DNA of 64,000 nt from Podarcis vaucheri. Its lineage: Eukaryota. Made by a program: the position numbers and the translations under genes. Shown in pieces: positions 1 through 13,000 of the stretch (the stretch's first letter is position 1; each line of letters begins with the position of its first letter). Location: the NCBI GenBank assembly GCA_965113315.1, contig OZ220369.1; one strand, written 5' to 3'. The notes beneath the pieces are model-generated. The model had not been told where the DNA came from. It saw only the letters and a list, made by a program, of their open reading frames with translations, and searched no databases.

Positions 1-3000
1 GCTGCCCACCAGTGTGGCAGTTCTGAAAACCTTTCCCTAAAGCTCTGGTGAGGTTGAGCAGGCATTTCCATCTATATATGTATGCAGGGCCATCTTTTCC
101 TGATTTACAAGGGACAATGTGTTGGCTCTCACTCAAGCAGGTGCTGGCTTCTTAATTTCTTCTGGCCTGTGAACTTTAGATGTACCCATATACATGGGAA
201 GATTTCCATTATGTTTCTACATACCACCATCCTACACACACACAAAATGCCATACCAGAGCAGGTCACTTCATTGTTTTAACTTTGCTTCTGCTTCATCC
301 AACTTCTGTAATAATGCAAACTGGGAACAGCCACCCAATGGAAGCTTGAAGGAAAGTGCAGTCACCATCTGCTTCATTCTTGAGAAGTGCATCTCCCACA
401 TCTGGATCTTCTGTGCACTGGTTTACCATAGCAACACCAGCAAGGTTCAAGAATTGGTTCAAGAATGTAGAACCAGGTATAATAGTCTCTAGGGCATTGA
501 TTACATCATGTTCCTGTCTTTGATGGTTGTGTCCTGTTGCAAAACCTGCTGCTATCCTATTTGCTGCCAGGGTCTGACTCTGTGAGAATCAAGGGAAGAG
601 GCTGTAGGTTATACACAGCAGTGTTAGCTAGCATGTTGATAGTGTTAGTGGATCTCTGTACATATGTATCTTTACTTCAAAGACCAGAGGAATTGTATAT
701 AGCAGATAGTAGTGTTTAGCTTTGCTTGTATCCGGAGACAATAAACACTTTGTTAGTTTGAACGGCCTGGGAGAGGAGATTTTCCCTTAACCGGGGACTC
801 TGGAAGAAGCTGTTTTGCTGGGAGCAGGAATTCTCTGAAGGCTCTTCTGGGACTCTGCATACTCTGCTGATATTTCACCCTGGTTGACGTGTGGTGAACT
901 ACCAGCGGACTTCCACAAGTCACCAACAATGATTACTCAGGACTCTGGAAATGGGTTCATTGTGGCCCAATTGCTGTAGGTTTCCTGGGATGTTACTCTT
1001 GCTGCATCTTGAAACTGTCAGCTATCAACATCCCAGTGCTTGTTTGCGTCTGAGAATCCAGGAGAATCTCCAACAAAAAGCAATGCTGTTCTCTCTCCGA
1101 GAAAGATCTGCCTTCTGTAGCTGAGAGGAAGACTCTAAATCTCTTTCAATGCATTCCTCACATCCTCAGTCAACTTCCTCGTAACAGGCGGGCTTCTGCT
1201 TTGGCATGGGAGACATTAGAAAAGAATCAGAGGAGGAGAGAGGCACAGTGGGGAAGCCAAGAGGTCAGGCATTATTTCTGCCTCTCAACAAGGGTAGAGG
1301 CTTGTCAGTCGGTCACAAAGTCTTGGGCCCTTTTGCTCCAATCTGGAGCTCCAACAAGCCACTTCTTACTTCCATATGTGGAGGTGGAACAGCTGAAACT
1401 GAAGGACCTGGTCCAACCATGAAGGCTTGAGAGAAGAAGGCAGGCAAATGAAATGCAGTCACGCCCTCGACTTCCAGGAGGAAAGATGGCAGACTAGACA
1501 TCTCTTGTTGACACACTGTCGATGGGGATAATTATATGGTGGTTAATGATAGCCAAACCACAAATCTTGTTTATCTCATTATCTCTGGGAAAACAGAGAT
1601 AACAGGGATTAACCTCTGATACTCAGAAAAGCTGCCTTCCATGCTTTAGGACCGAGAAGTTTTTGAGGGACTCAGACAAGGGTGAGTGACTGAGAGCGGA
1701 GGAAATCATAATCTTGCCCAAACACCTCATAATAGTCCTAAGGGACATAAGGTTGGCGAAATCTACCTTTCTTTAATTATTTGTGAGACTTTTAATAAAT
1801 TATGACCGAGGGAGGGGAGCTGCATTCCTCTTCCTCTCTGTGAGGATTTAACCCTCAGCAGCTTCTGCTTCAACGGTGCTGCAGATGTCACAAGAACTTG
1901 GTTCTCAGCACATAGAAGCATTTATTGGCAATCCCAGGAAACTGAACTCCTTTCCATCCTGTGATCCTGTGCAGGATCCTTTGAGCATGAACCATTCCAC
2001 ACAAAATGCCATAGGTGATTATTCCCAGCCCCCTTAAAATCAGACTTGGGACCAAATGAAACAAACGGTGGTGGGTGAAAGGAGCTTTCTTTCTGCCCAG
2101 GGTGCCAAAGGCCAGGCTCTTCTGAGCGGGGCATGGGAGGTCTTCTTAATTTGCTCTGGTTCCAGCCTACGTACCCTGAGCCTCCAGCACAGAGCAGGTC
2201 ACATGTGCAAATATGCTCACCCAGCCCTTTTGTGTGTGCTTTGCATGGAAAAAAAAGTCTGCTTGTGGAGGAGCCGCCAGGAAGGGCTTTCCTCCCAAGC
2301 TTCTGCAGCTGCTTCCATTTCAGGCTCTCTTGCCCTCCATCCGCCCATGATCGGTCAGCCCCTGCCTTCACGGGAGCGCTCCTTTCCTTAACAAGCACAA
2401 CAATGGCAGCTGCAACGGCCTGCCGCTGGATCTTCAAAGAGGAAATTAATTCCATCTGCAGAAGGGTCAAGTGCTGGAAAGTGCCGAGCAGTGCAGTTTG
2501 CATGGCAGGCTACAGAGGCGGCAATGCTAATAAGACTATGTTGAGAACAGCAGCCTGGCTCTGGGGAGTCCGATGAAGGCTTCTACAGATTTTGAAAGAA
2601 ACAGTCTCCCACACCTAATGATGTCTGCTTTCCAATTCATTAATAATGTGGAGCGGGGAGATGGGAGGGAGAGGCAGGCCTGGCTTTGAAATATCAGAAT
2701 GGGAGAAGATGGGGATTGCTCCCTCCTCTCACTAGAGGTCACAAAGCGAGAAGCAGCTGCAGCCACAGGGCCACCAGAGCTGGGAGCCAAGGACCATAGC
2801 ATTGCAGGAATAGTTCCCCTGATGGGCTGCAGCAGTAGGAGTTGGAAGAGGCCTTGAAGCACAGCCCAAACAGACCTCGGCCTTCAGGAAGACAAGTCAT
2901 CAGGTGATGCCTAATGAAGGGATTTCAACTCCAAGCAACTTCCTTTAGGCTGCCTGGACACATTGTCTGACCTTGCTGCTTTGCATTGTTAAAATTTCCC

Positions 3001-4046
3001 ATTCCCAGAATGGTGCTTAAGGGAATTGCCATTTTACCTTCATCTTTCCCCTTCCCAAAACCAATTGGAAAGGTCTCTCCCAAAGCAGGTGTGAGCCGCT
3101 CTTCCTGGGCCAAGTGAGTTGTGAGTGAAACTGTTCTCTGTTTTCTTGAAAAGCGCTTCCTGGGTCCAGTGACGTGGTGCCCGATATCATCTCTTCCCTG
3201 GCGCTGCCAGGGGGATGGGCTATGTTCTTGGACCTCACTCTCCTTGCAATGCACAGAGCTGGGGAAGAGGACACATCCACTTGCAGCCTTCCCAGCCGCT
3301 TCCATCACGCTGACATTTCTTGGCTTTGACATGCCTGCTGGAAATTGCTCTGTCTCCACGTGATTTTTCTGCATGGTTTCAGCAATTCCACTAAATGTTA
3401 TTCCCTGCTGGGGGAGACTGTGCTGGCCAGGAAGCTCTCTGTCCCAGGTAGGAGCTCTCAAAGCAGAGAATTTGTGTCATTTTACCCCCTCCCCTGACTC
3501 AATGTAACTTAAAGGAAGATGGTGGGAGGTGCTTTTATTGGGGCGGAGAGGGACGACATTCATGCTCTGATGCACAGCTTTTTGTCTTTCCTTGGAATTT
3601 TCTAAAAGCAATATACATGTTTTCTACTTTTTTTATTTTGTAAGCTTTTGTAAACTGCACTGGGAATGCTGGTTGACCATTGAAGGGTAGGGCATACATT
3701 TAACGAATAAGTAAATGGGGAATAAAAAGAGTCCAGCGAGGTTGCCCAAGTGTGGACACAGAATGTGAGTTTCAGCAGGTGTGTTCAAGAGCAAGGAAAG
3801 GAGAAGTCTGTGTTGGAGGCCCTGGTTGGTGCCTCCCCAGCTCTGAAGTGTGGCCTGCAGGCCATTCCTGCTGCAGTCTGCCAAGCTCCAGCTTCAGCCC
3901 CAAAATATCTTGGCTCCAGGGTATGTTATTGCACTGCTCCCCTTTTTGTGTCAAAAACTGGCACTGCAGAAGCACCCGACCCTCTGCCGCACCCAGAGCA
4001 GACTGCTTACCAAAATCCAGGCACATGATGGGTTTGTGCATTGCAG

Positions 4047-7000
4047 GTTCTGGAGAAAGCAGCTAAAATTAAAGAACTGCAAGAGACCATCACAGATCTG
4101 CAGAACGAACTCTCCCAGAAAGACTTGGAGGTGGCATGCCATCTGCAGGAGGAGCTCCTCCTGGAGTCACAACTGAGCTCCCTGCCGCAGCTGGTAAGGC
4201 TTGTGCTACGTGTGGGGTGGGCTCGCTTGCCACTTTTGCCTGAGGTTTCTCTCTGTCCTGAGTAGTGACAGAAGAGGCACAGTTGAGGGCCACCAGTACA
4301 GATTGAAGGCAGTAAGGCTAATCAAAAGCTTCCTCTTGTTTTAACCGGAGGGATCCTGGGTTGGTGGGCGCTGGTAACTGAGGGGTTGTAAGAGGCAGGA
4401 GCTTTTCTCATGCATTTGCTTTTGAGCCTGTCTGGGGGCCATGGCTCCTTGGATCACCTTGACGAGGAATTGGTCCCTTGTTATTGACCTGGGACCTAAC
4501 CTGGGATCCAAGCAGTTCCAGAGAGGCAGGAAGGAAACACAGGCAGAGTTTTCTGGCCAAGCATTGGCTGCAAAGTCTACTCTTGGGCTGATCTCTCAGC
4601 AGGCATGTCTGGGGAGCTCTAGAAGGCTGCTGCTCAATGCAGCCTGCACTTGGTTTAGGCCAGGGGTCAGCAAACTTTTCCAGCAGGAGGCCGGTCCACT
4701 GTCCCTCAAACCTTGTGGGGGGCTGGACTGTATTTTGAAGAGAAAAAAATGAACAAATTCCTGTGCCCCACAAATAACCCGGAGATGCCTTTTAAATAAA
4801 AGCACACATTCTACTCATGTAAAAATGCGGATTCCCAGACCATCCGTGGGCTGGATTTAGAAGGCGATTGGGCCGGATCCGGCCCCCAGGCCTTAGTTTG
4901 CCTACCCGTGGTTTCCAGCCTTTCTCAACCTGTGGGTCCCCAGATGTTGTTGAACTACAACTCCCATCATCCCAAGCTAGCAAGGCCAGAGCTCAGGGAT
5001 GATGGGAGTTGTAGTCCAACAACATCTGGGGACCCACAGGTTGAGAACCACTGGTTTAGGCTGTAATCATCCATATACTGACCAGATACAATTCACAAGT
5101 TGGACTTTCCTCTGTGTAAACATTGTTTGGTCAGAGCCAAAAACCTCCCAACATTCTCTGAGTGGGATGGGGGTGAAACTGTGAGGAACGAGATGTAACA
5201 GAATACAGAAAAGAAAAATACAATGAATGTCCTTTGTATACACTTGGACAATAATTCAGAAAGCATTAAAGGTGGATCAGAAGGATTCTACCAGGTAGCA
5301 AAGCATCAGTGAGAGAACTCCCATTATCATCAAGCCAGCTGAGGCAATGGAAGATGAAGTCCAACAACATCTAGTGGGCCACAGGTTCCCCACCCATGGC
5401 CTTCCTGGGTGATTAATGCCCCATGGTCAGCTGCTTGCTGGGAGAGGTAGTGCTGGTGATATGCTTTTCTCAAGACAGATGCAGGCAATGGAGACTTCTT
5501 GGCAGCTCAGGCCAAAGAGGAGGCTCGTTGGGTGCAGAAAACTCTCTGATCTGCAAGGATGGATCAGGAAAAGCCCCAGGCATCCAGGTCCCTGGTAGGA
5601 TGGCATCTCAGCCCCCACCCCCACCACAGAGGAAGCAGGAGGATGGCTTCTAGGCAGGAGTGGTTCTTGTGGTCACTATTGGCATGTCCCTTCCAAGGCA
5701 ATGACTCCTCCTTTCTGAGTGGGTAGAGCAGAATAAGCACAAACACACACTCCACACACACACAGACCCTCAATGTGAGTGCTGTGTGTGGTGCGCTCCT
5801 GCTGGTGCCAAGCTCTCCTTGCAGGAAACAGTCTGGTGTGTGAGTGGAGAAGGAGGAGGGAGAAGCAGCCCTGGCAACCCTTGGGGGCAAGATGTTTGGC
5901 CTGGGGACTCAGCAGCTCCTCGCTCAGCCTTCTGTCCCTTTGTGTCTGCTACTCCTGCTCCTCCCCTCTCCTTGGCTTGTTATTTTTCTTTTGACCACTC
6001 TTCTCTGCTCCCAGGTCAAGGGCTTGCCCTGTTACAAGAGAAAACTTAGCCGAAAAATTAAGAGGTTTAATCAAAGCTTCTCTAGGCAGCACGAACAATC
6101 AGAAAACACTGAACTGGACAAAGTTAACTGCCATTCAGAGGGAAACAGCCAGGGCTTTGCCGTTTCCTGAACAAAGGACTCGGAGACTGAGCCAGAGTTG
6201 TGAATGGAAGTGCCAGGAAAAGCAGGCGGGGGAGCCATGCCGCACCGTTTCCCTGTACAACTCACACGCCGGCCATTTTCCTTTCAGCGACAATGTGGAG
6301 AGAGGCAGGGAGGTGTCCACAAAGCCAGCTCCCCTCCCCACCCACAAAGGGAACAGATTTTTCTGTCTGAGAAAACAGCTAATATTTCAGGCTTAAAGGA
6401 GGGAAAGGAAGCCCTGGTCTCCCCTGAGGCATCCTTTGTGCAGAGGGGTGGGGAATGTATGTGCTTGTTTGTGGGCATTGCCACTGCTCCCCCCCCCCCC
6501 CAGACTGAGTGCAACCTGCTACACCCAACCCAGCTGGCCTCTGCCTACTGAACCTGTAAAGCAGAGCCACCCAGCTCTTCTTGACTCGTTAGGAAGCCAT
6601 TATTGGAAGGGAGAAGGTTGGAAGCGGACAGCTAGAATGGGAGTGGCCAAGGAGTAGAGGGGAGGGAGAAGCAAAGGCAGGGTCTGCCTGATCTTTGCCA
6701 CGTGGCAAAGAGAGGGTGATGAGGCAGGGCTGATGTTCTCCCCACTCCTTTGGCACATGGAAGGTGCTCCTCTTTGCCAGCCTGGCAACCTCCTCCAGTT
6801 GGGGAAGGTGCTGGCTCTCTGCTCGCTGGGGGTTCTCCAAGGCCCCCCAGGTTTGTGTGTGCACATGGGCTGATGAACAAAGAAGGCAAGGTCCTGTTGG
6901 AGCAAACTGGCAGCATCTCCCCTCAGCCTGCTTGCCACCGCTGGGATCCGTGTTTCTGCATTGTGGCTGCTGCTGCCGACTGGCCCTGTGTGCAGAGCTT

Positions 7001-10000
7001 GGAAGGAAGGAGGGTGTGCACGCGTACCTTGCAAGACAAGGAGCAGCCATGTGCGCAAGGGAGCCGGGGGTACGGTTTCAGCTTGGCTAAACAATTAAAC
7101 TCTCAGAGCCGAGGGAGGAGCAGTAGGGCCGTGATTTTCTTTTCTTTTGCAGTAATTGCCTCAGCAATCAGCTTTGATCATCCAGGAGCAGAAGAGACGT
7201 GTTGCAAGTTGACATCCGCGGTTTTAATGCAGCCATTTGCATACAGGCGCAGAGCAGAGCACACGGCTTTCTGTGGCGTCTTTGACCTGAAACCGCAGCA
7301 GCTTCATAGACACCTCATTTAATTTAATATTTCGCCTCCACTGCAGAAGCCATTGGGGATGGGGGTGGGGCGGATAATCTGGCTCTTGCTTTCCCTGCAA
7401 ATGTCTCCAGAAATGACATGAAAGTAATTGCTTCTGAACAGAACAGAAAGGAAAAGAAAAGAAATAGCAGAGTTGATTCCGCTTAAATAGGATGGGGATT
7501 CGCCCCAAAGATGCTGCCCCCTTCTTTACAGCAGGAGAATGGATACATGTGTGGGGAGCTGGGGACAAGGGGGGAGAGAAAGAGATGACCCAGCCTACTT
7601 GTCAGGAGGAGGAGGCATCTTCTGTACGGCCATGGCTGAGACAGCCTTTAGCCCAACCCTGGGGGTGGGGAACTTCCTTGCTCCTGACGGTCTGGAGGCT
7701 GCCAACCACTCTACCCCTGTTGTGGATGGAGAATCCTGAGGGACATTAAATGGATGGTTTCTCTGCCAGGCAAGACGTAAGAGCCCTGCTGGACCAGGTC
7801 AGAGGCTCAGGTGACTCACTGTGGCCAGCGAGAATGGGACGCCCACAAGCAAGACATGAATGCTCTAGCCCTCCCTTGCAGCCCATCTCACTGCCTGGCC
7901 TCTGAGCAACCTTGGCTCATGGTCATATACAGACCTCTCCCCCTTGTAAAGTCACAAAATGGGTGGGAGCTAATTCCCTTTGTTCCGTTTGCATCGTATG
8001 CATTGACCCTCTGGCTTTTTCTCTTCCCTGGGCAGCTACTGTGCTCCTGCAGCTGGGTCCTTTGAGAACTGCCTCTCCTCATCCAGATCCACCAAGCGCC
8101 TGAAACTAGAGCTAAAGATCTTTGGCCATCAGCACAGCACAGCCCCCACCCCAAGACAACAGGGCCTGGGTGATTCTGACTCAGAGGCTGGGGAGGTTCA
8201 GGGTGCCCATTTGACGTGGCGACTCAAGCTTGGAGTTCTTTGAACTTCTACAACCCTGTCCAGCACATTCTTGGGTGTTTTTCACCATTCAGGGAGCACC
8301 TGGCAAGCCCTCTGGCGTGGGGTGGGGGTGGAGAGGCCACCAGGAAGAGCTTTTTCTTCTAGAGGCCAGAGCAGGACCATTATCCCCACGAGTATGCTGC
8401 TCTAAGGTATGAAGAGGGTTAGGCCTGGCACTGCTGCAGCTTGTCTAGCTTCCTCCAGACAACTGCCCCAGAAGCCAGGACACAATGCTCACCAGCTCCG
8501 GTGGCAGGACTGTCACAGCATTGGCTGATGCCCACTTGGCACATTGCCAGGTCCTCTAGGCTTCCTGCTCACACCGCTTGGCCTCTGCCTCCACTCTGTC
8601 CTGTCTGGGGTATCTCCCCCTCCCTTCCCAAGGCTTTTGGGGCTGCAGCAGCACAAGCCGCTCTAGCTGATCAATACCCTGAGTCTTGTCGTCTTCTCCC
8701 TGCTTATTGGTTGACATTCGCAATCCTCTCTTCCTCCCTCCCTTCCTGTATAAACCCCTCTCAGCTGGAGCAGCAAGCGGCAGAGACCCTGAGGCTTCGG
8801 AGCCAGCTCCTGCTTGGGCAGGATGAGAGAGACAGCCTGGCAGACAAGGTACCCGAGACCCCTCTCTCACGTGGCGGCTGCACGGAGGCAGCGGGAAGGT
8901 GTCTTGGCTTCGTGCCCTCCTTGGGCCCCGGCAGAACACCTGGCCTGCTAATATTGGTTCCCCCCATCCCCACAGGAAGGCAAGCAAGCAACGCTTCCCT
9001 TTCCCACCTGCCCACCCAAGGTCTGTGCTTTATGCTGTTTTGTTAAAGCCCCTTTAATACTAATTGATTTCTCTCTTCTTCCCCCCTCCCCCCCAATTTC
9101 TTCCCTTTCTTCCCTGGGCGGGTCAATAGCTGGATGCTCAGGAGCAGAAGATCTATGAGTTGCAGAGCAAGCAGAGAGAGGCACAGGCAGAGCTGGAACA
9201 GAGCTGCATCCGAGTCCTCCAGTTGGAGCGAGAGCTGGAGGCCAGCAAGCAGCAGCAGGAGGGATCCCAGAACCAGGTACGGGAGTGCCAGGGAGGAGGA
9301 GGAGGCAGAGGAGAAGAAGAAGAAGAGGGAAGCCAGCCAGGGCAGCAGCAGGAAGAGGAGGGAAAAGCTGCCGCTGCTGCTGCTGCTTAGCCGGGTCTAG
9401 CCAGCCTCTTGTTGAGGCTGCTGTAATGGAGCAGATGTTCGGCATATTGATCTCCTCTTCCTCCTCCTTGCTGAGCTTGCAGTGAGGTGACTGGAAGAGA
9501 GAGAAACCATGGCAGAATGGAGAGGGCGGACTGTCAGGTGCCTGGATCTGGGCTCCCCAAATGGGTATTGTCTGGTGGAGACAGGCTTGGTGCCAGCCTT
9601 CCAAGTGCCCCCCTCATCCTCCCTGGCAGCATCTCCTTCCTGCCACTGGCTGTGCCGCAGTATAGATCTGTGTGGAGGAGGAGGAGGAGAAAGAGAAATG
9701 CCCCTGGAGGAGCCTCAGTCATGGCTGCTATTCTTGTGGACTCCGTTAAAAAGCTGGGCTGGGATTCTGCCCTCCAGGCCAAGGGACGTTTTGGCACCTT
9801 TAGGGTTTGTCTCCAGAAGCTTGAGGGTGTTGGCAGCTGGGGTGGCCTCCTGCTCTGGAGTGTGGATAGTGGATCTGGGCTTGGAGTGTACCCCCAATAG
9901 CAGGTGTGTGTCCACAGGGGAGCTGCTTGAATTGCACGTTCCTCACTTGCCTTTCCCCCCTGGCAGCAGAGTTAAATATTTTTCCTTTGTTGCCGGGGGA

Positions 10001-13000
10001 GGGGCAAACATCTGCTGCCCCTGGATGAGGGCCTGATGGAGCTCCCAGGCTCTGTCTTGTGTTTGACCTGAGACGGTGGATGCTAAATCATGCAGGGGAG
10101 GTGTCGGAGACTTGACCCCTGGCTTTTGGCTGCAGTAAGTCAGGTGCATATGGTTCCTGTCCCTTTTCCTTTTCTGGACAAGTCAGCTCTGGCTTTCTGC
10201 AAAGGAAAGGTGGGTGCTGTTCTCAGGTGGGGGCGCTCCTCCCTCCCCACCTCTGGGTTTAGAAGGCTTCATTGGAAGAATTATTGAGCTTAGGGACGTC
10301 AGCCCATATTTACAGCTGCTTGTTTGATGCTCTGGGGGGCCTTTTGTGACCGGCACTGCTTGCATGGTACTGTTCCTGCCCTGAGGACTTTTAACGGATA
10401 TGCTCTTCAACTGCTGCCTGATGGGTCTTCTGGTTTCCAAAGTTCCCACGTATCTATTACGTTGTGGCCGGAATCTGCAGAACAGCATCATAGGTGCCAG
10501 TTGGCTTCCCAGGAGGTGGTCCCCTGTGAAATGTGGAGAGCACAGGGCACAGAGTGCACACCAGGCACTGCCCAGTGGCTGAAGCAAAGCCTCCTTCCTT
10601 CAGTGTTTGTATAATCAACATTCAAAGGCTAGAACATGGTAAGTTCAACCACCACAATGGTCACCACAAGTATATCTGGAAGCGTGCTCCTGGGGGTGGG
10701 GGAGCTGCGGTTGTCCCTTACTGTCATAGGCAAGGTTAGGTGGGAAAAGTTGTGGCATTGCGTGGTATATTATGGAGTGGAGTCCAGCCAGAGTGGGTGG
10801 AGTTTTCCACCTGTTCCCCTTTCACTAGCCTTTACACAGGAATAGTCCTGCAGCTAACATATGTTGCTGTGTGTGTTCCATCTTCGACAGTTCAGCGAGT
10901 GTCGAAGGCAGCTGGCCCAAGCAGAAGGTGAGAATGAGGTGCTGAGAGCCCACAAGCTGGAGCAGATGTTGGAGGTGAGCAAACATCAGGCAGGATGCCA
11001 GCCAGCAGCACAGCTGGCCATCTGACCCCCACATTCCCCTTCACCCCTCCTCTGACCCCTGGCAAGAGCCAAGGTTGTGTTTGAGAGGAGGATGAACAGA
11101 ATGAAAGCTCCTTCTCAGTTGAGGTTGTAGCTGATTCCTCTGGGCTTTTCCTGCCTACCTCCCTCCCACAGGAAACCCTCAAAGCTCACACACACCCCTG
11201 TGAGTTCTCTGGAGTGCGTTAGGGGACAGGCACAGGAGGGGCCTGGGGGTGACGGAGGGTCCCTCTAATCCGCCACCTGCTTCCCTACCAGATTGAGAAA
11301 CTGGCGTCCTGCCTCAAAGATTGCGAAAGGAGTCCATGCTTGGAGACAGAAGCAGCCCAGAGGAGCGGCAAGGAGAAGGCGCTGGTAGGTTTGACTGGAC
11401 AACAGGTAAACCTCTGCTCCTTGTCTCATTGTGATCTCTTCTTCCATTGCAGAAAGGGCTGTTCTTTTGTTGCATTTGTCACATCTGCCTCCAGAAGACC
11501 TGAAGGGAAGATAGGTGGGATTGTCCTGCTCTTTACTGAGAGGAGGGGGTGCCAGTGGGTGGCCATGCCAAGACAGGAGAGAGGGTGGCTCTGCACTGTG
11601 CCCTCCTGGGTTCACTGCCAAGGCCGCTTCCAATTGTGCTGCAGGTCGACACCACAAAACAGAACAATGCAGGCAACACTCACGCTAAGGGAGGAACCAA
11701 CAAAAGCAGAAGTGCCATGTGGTTGCATGCCTTGCCCTCCGCCATACTGGCCACCATGTTTGGCCTGCCCCTCTGCCAGGCCCTCAGACAGGCTGGGCAC
11801 CATGTCTCTGATGCCATACTCCAGACAGGCAGGTGGTTAGGTGCTTCCAGGTACACAGCCCAAAGTGGAGCCACTGCTGCTTACAAAGCAGAGCCCTCCA
11901 GAGAAGCCCCTTGGGGAAATGAGCTGGGATCCCAGTGCATGTTCCCTTTGCTGCTGCTTGAGCCCAGCATCCAGTCATAGAGCCATGGCAGGAAGGCAGC
12001 CTCTCCGCATCCAGGGGAAGGCAGAGCTGCCAACTGCAGGTCTCCTCTTGGGGCAGAACAAAAGTGCTGTTTCTTCCTTCCTTCAGGCATTTTTCTCAGT
12101 ATCATAAAGTACCTGGCTGGGTTTTTTAATGCTGCTTCAGTCGAAGGCCCTTTAGTTTTGTGTGCTGGGGTGGGGAGCAGTAGTTGCAAAGGCTGCCTAT
12201 GACTCTTTGAGCCCCGCTATCCCACCCACTGATTAATTACAGAGAGGGGAGATTTTCAAAGGCAGGACCCTGGAGCAGGACAGGGCGAAAGGCAGGAGAG
12301 GGTCAGAGGAGGCTGCCTGTGAACCAGGCTCTTGCCTGCCCATCACAGAGGTGGAACACTCCCCCTTAGGAGGTTGTGTGCTCTCCTTCATTGCAGGTTT
12401 TTAGGCAGAGGTTGGATGACCATCTGTCCTGGTTGCTTTAGCTGAGATTCCTGCATTGCAGGGAGTTGGACTAGATGACCCTTGGGATCCCTTCCAGTTC
12501 TGTGATTCTGTGTGGTGGATAAGAAAGAGAGTTCTGCACGTTTAATGATGACTCTTGTGAAACTGACTCTGCTCTTTGCATGTTCTTATCCAAATCAGTT
12601 TTGGTAGATATTCCAAGTGTAAAAGTGTGTTTTGAGAGAAAGAATAGTTTCTATTTATTGATCTACTTTCATAATTTTGTAATGCCACCCACTTGTCTAA
12701 ATGTTTTTGCCTTTTCTCATCTAGAGAAGCGCTTCAGCTTCCTGATCCTTTTCGTTTCCCTCTCTGCACATTTCCTTTTTGGGATTGGTGGCCAGAGCCA
12801 CCAGCTATATTCTAGTTATTGGCCCCCTATGGATGCTATGCAGTCAATACGAAACTTTCTCTTTGATAGCCCTGCCACCATTTTCACTGGCCCAGCACCC
12901 AGAGTTTCTTTTTTTCAGGGCTGCTTTCCATTGGAGCCTGCAGAACTCTTTCTGGGGTAGACAATTTATGTATTTTTTCTCTCCTGATGTGACTCACTGT

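Noticed and set aside
82-1520. ORFs at 82-492 and 1201-1516, an LTR-like stretch (about 535-930) and a faint retroviral pol-like phrase on the minus strand (KLTEDVRNALKEI)
   Set aside because: No intact motif, TSD or splice structure; may be a very old LTR element but cannot be supported without a Dfam or tBLASTn search.
5479-5594. Possible PMFBP1 exon or start (MQAMETSWQLRPKRR...)
   Set aside because: Ends in phase 2 with no convincing compatible next exon and is not coiled-coil-like.
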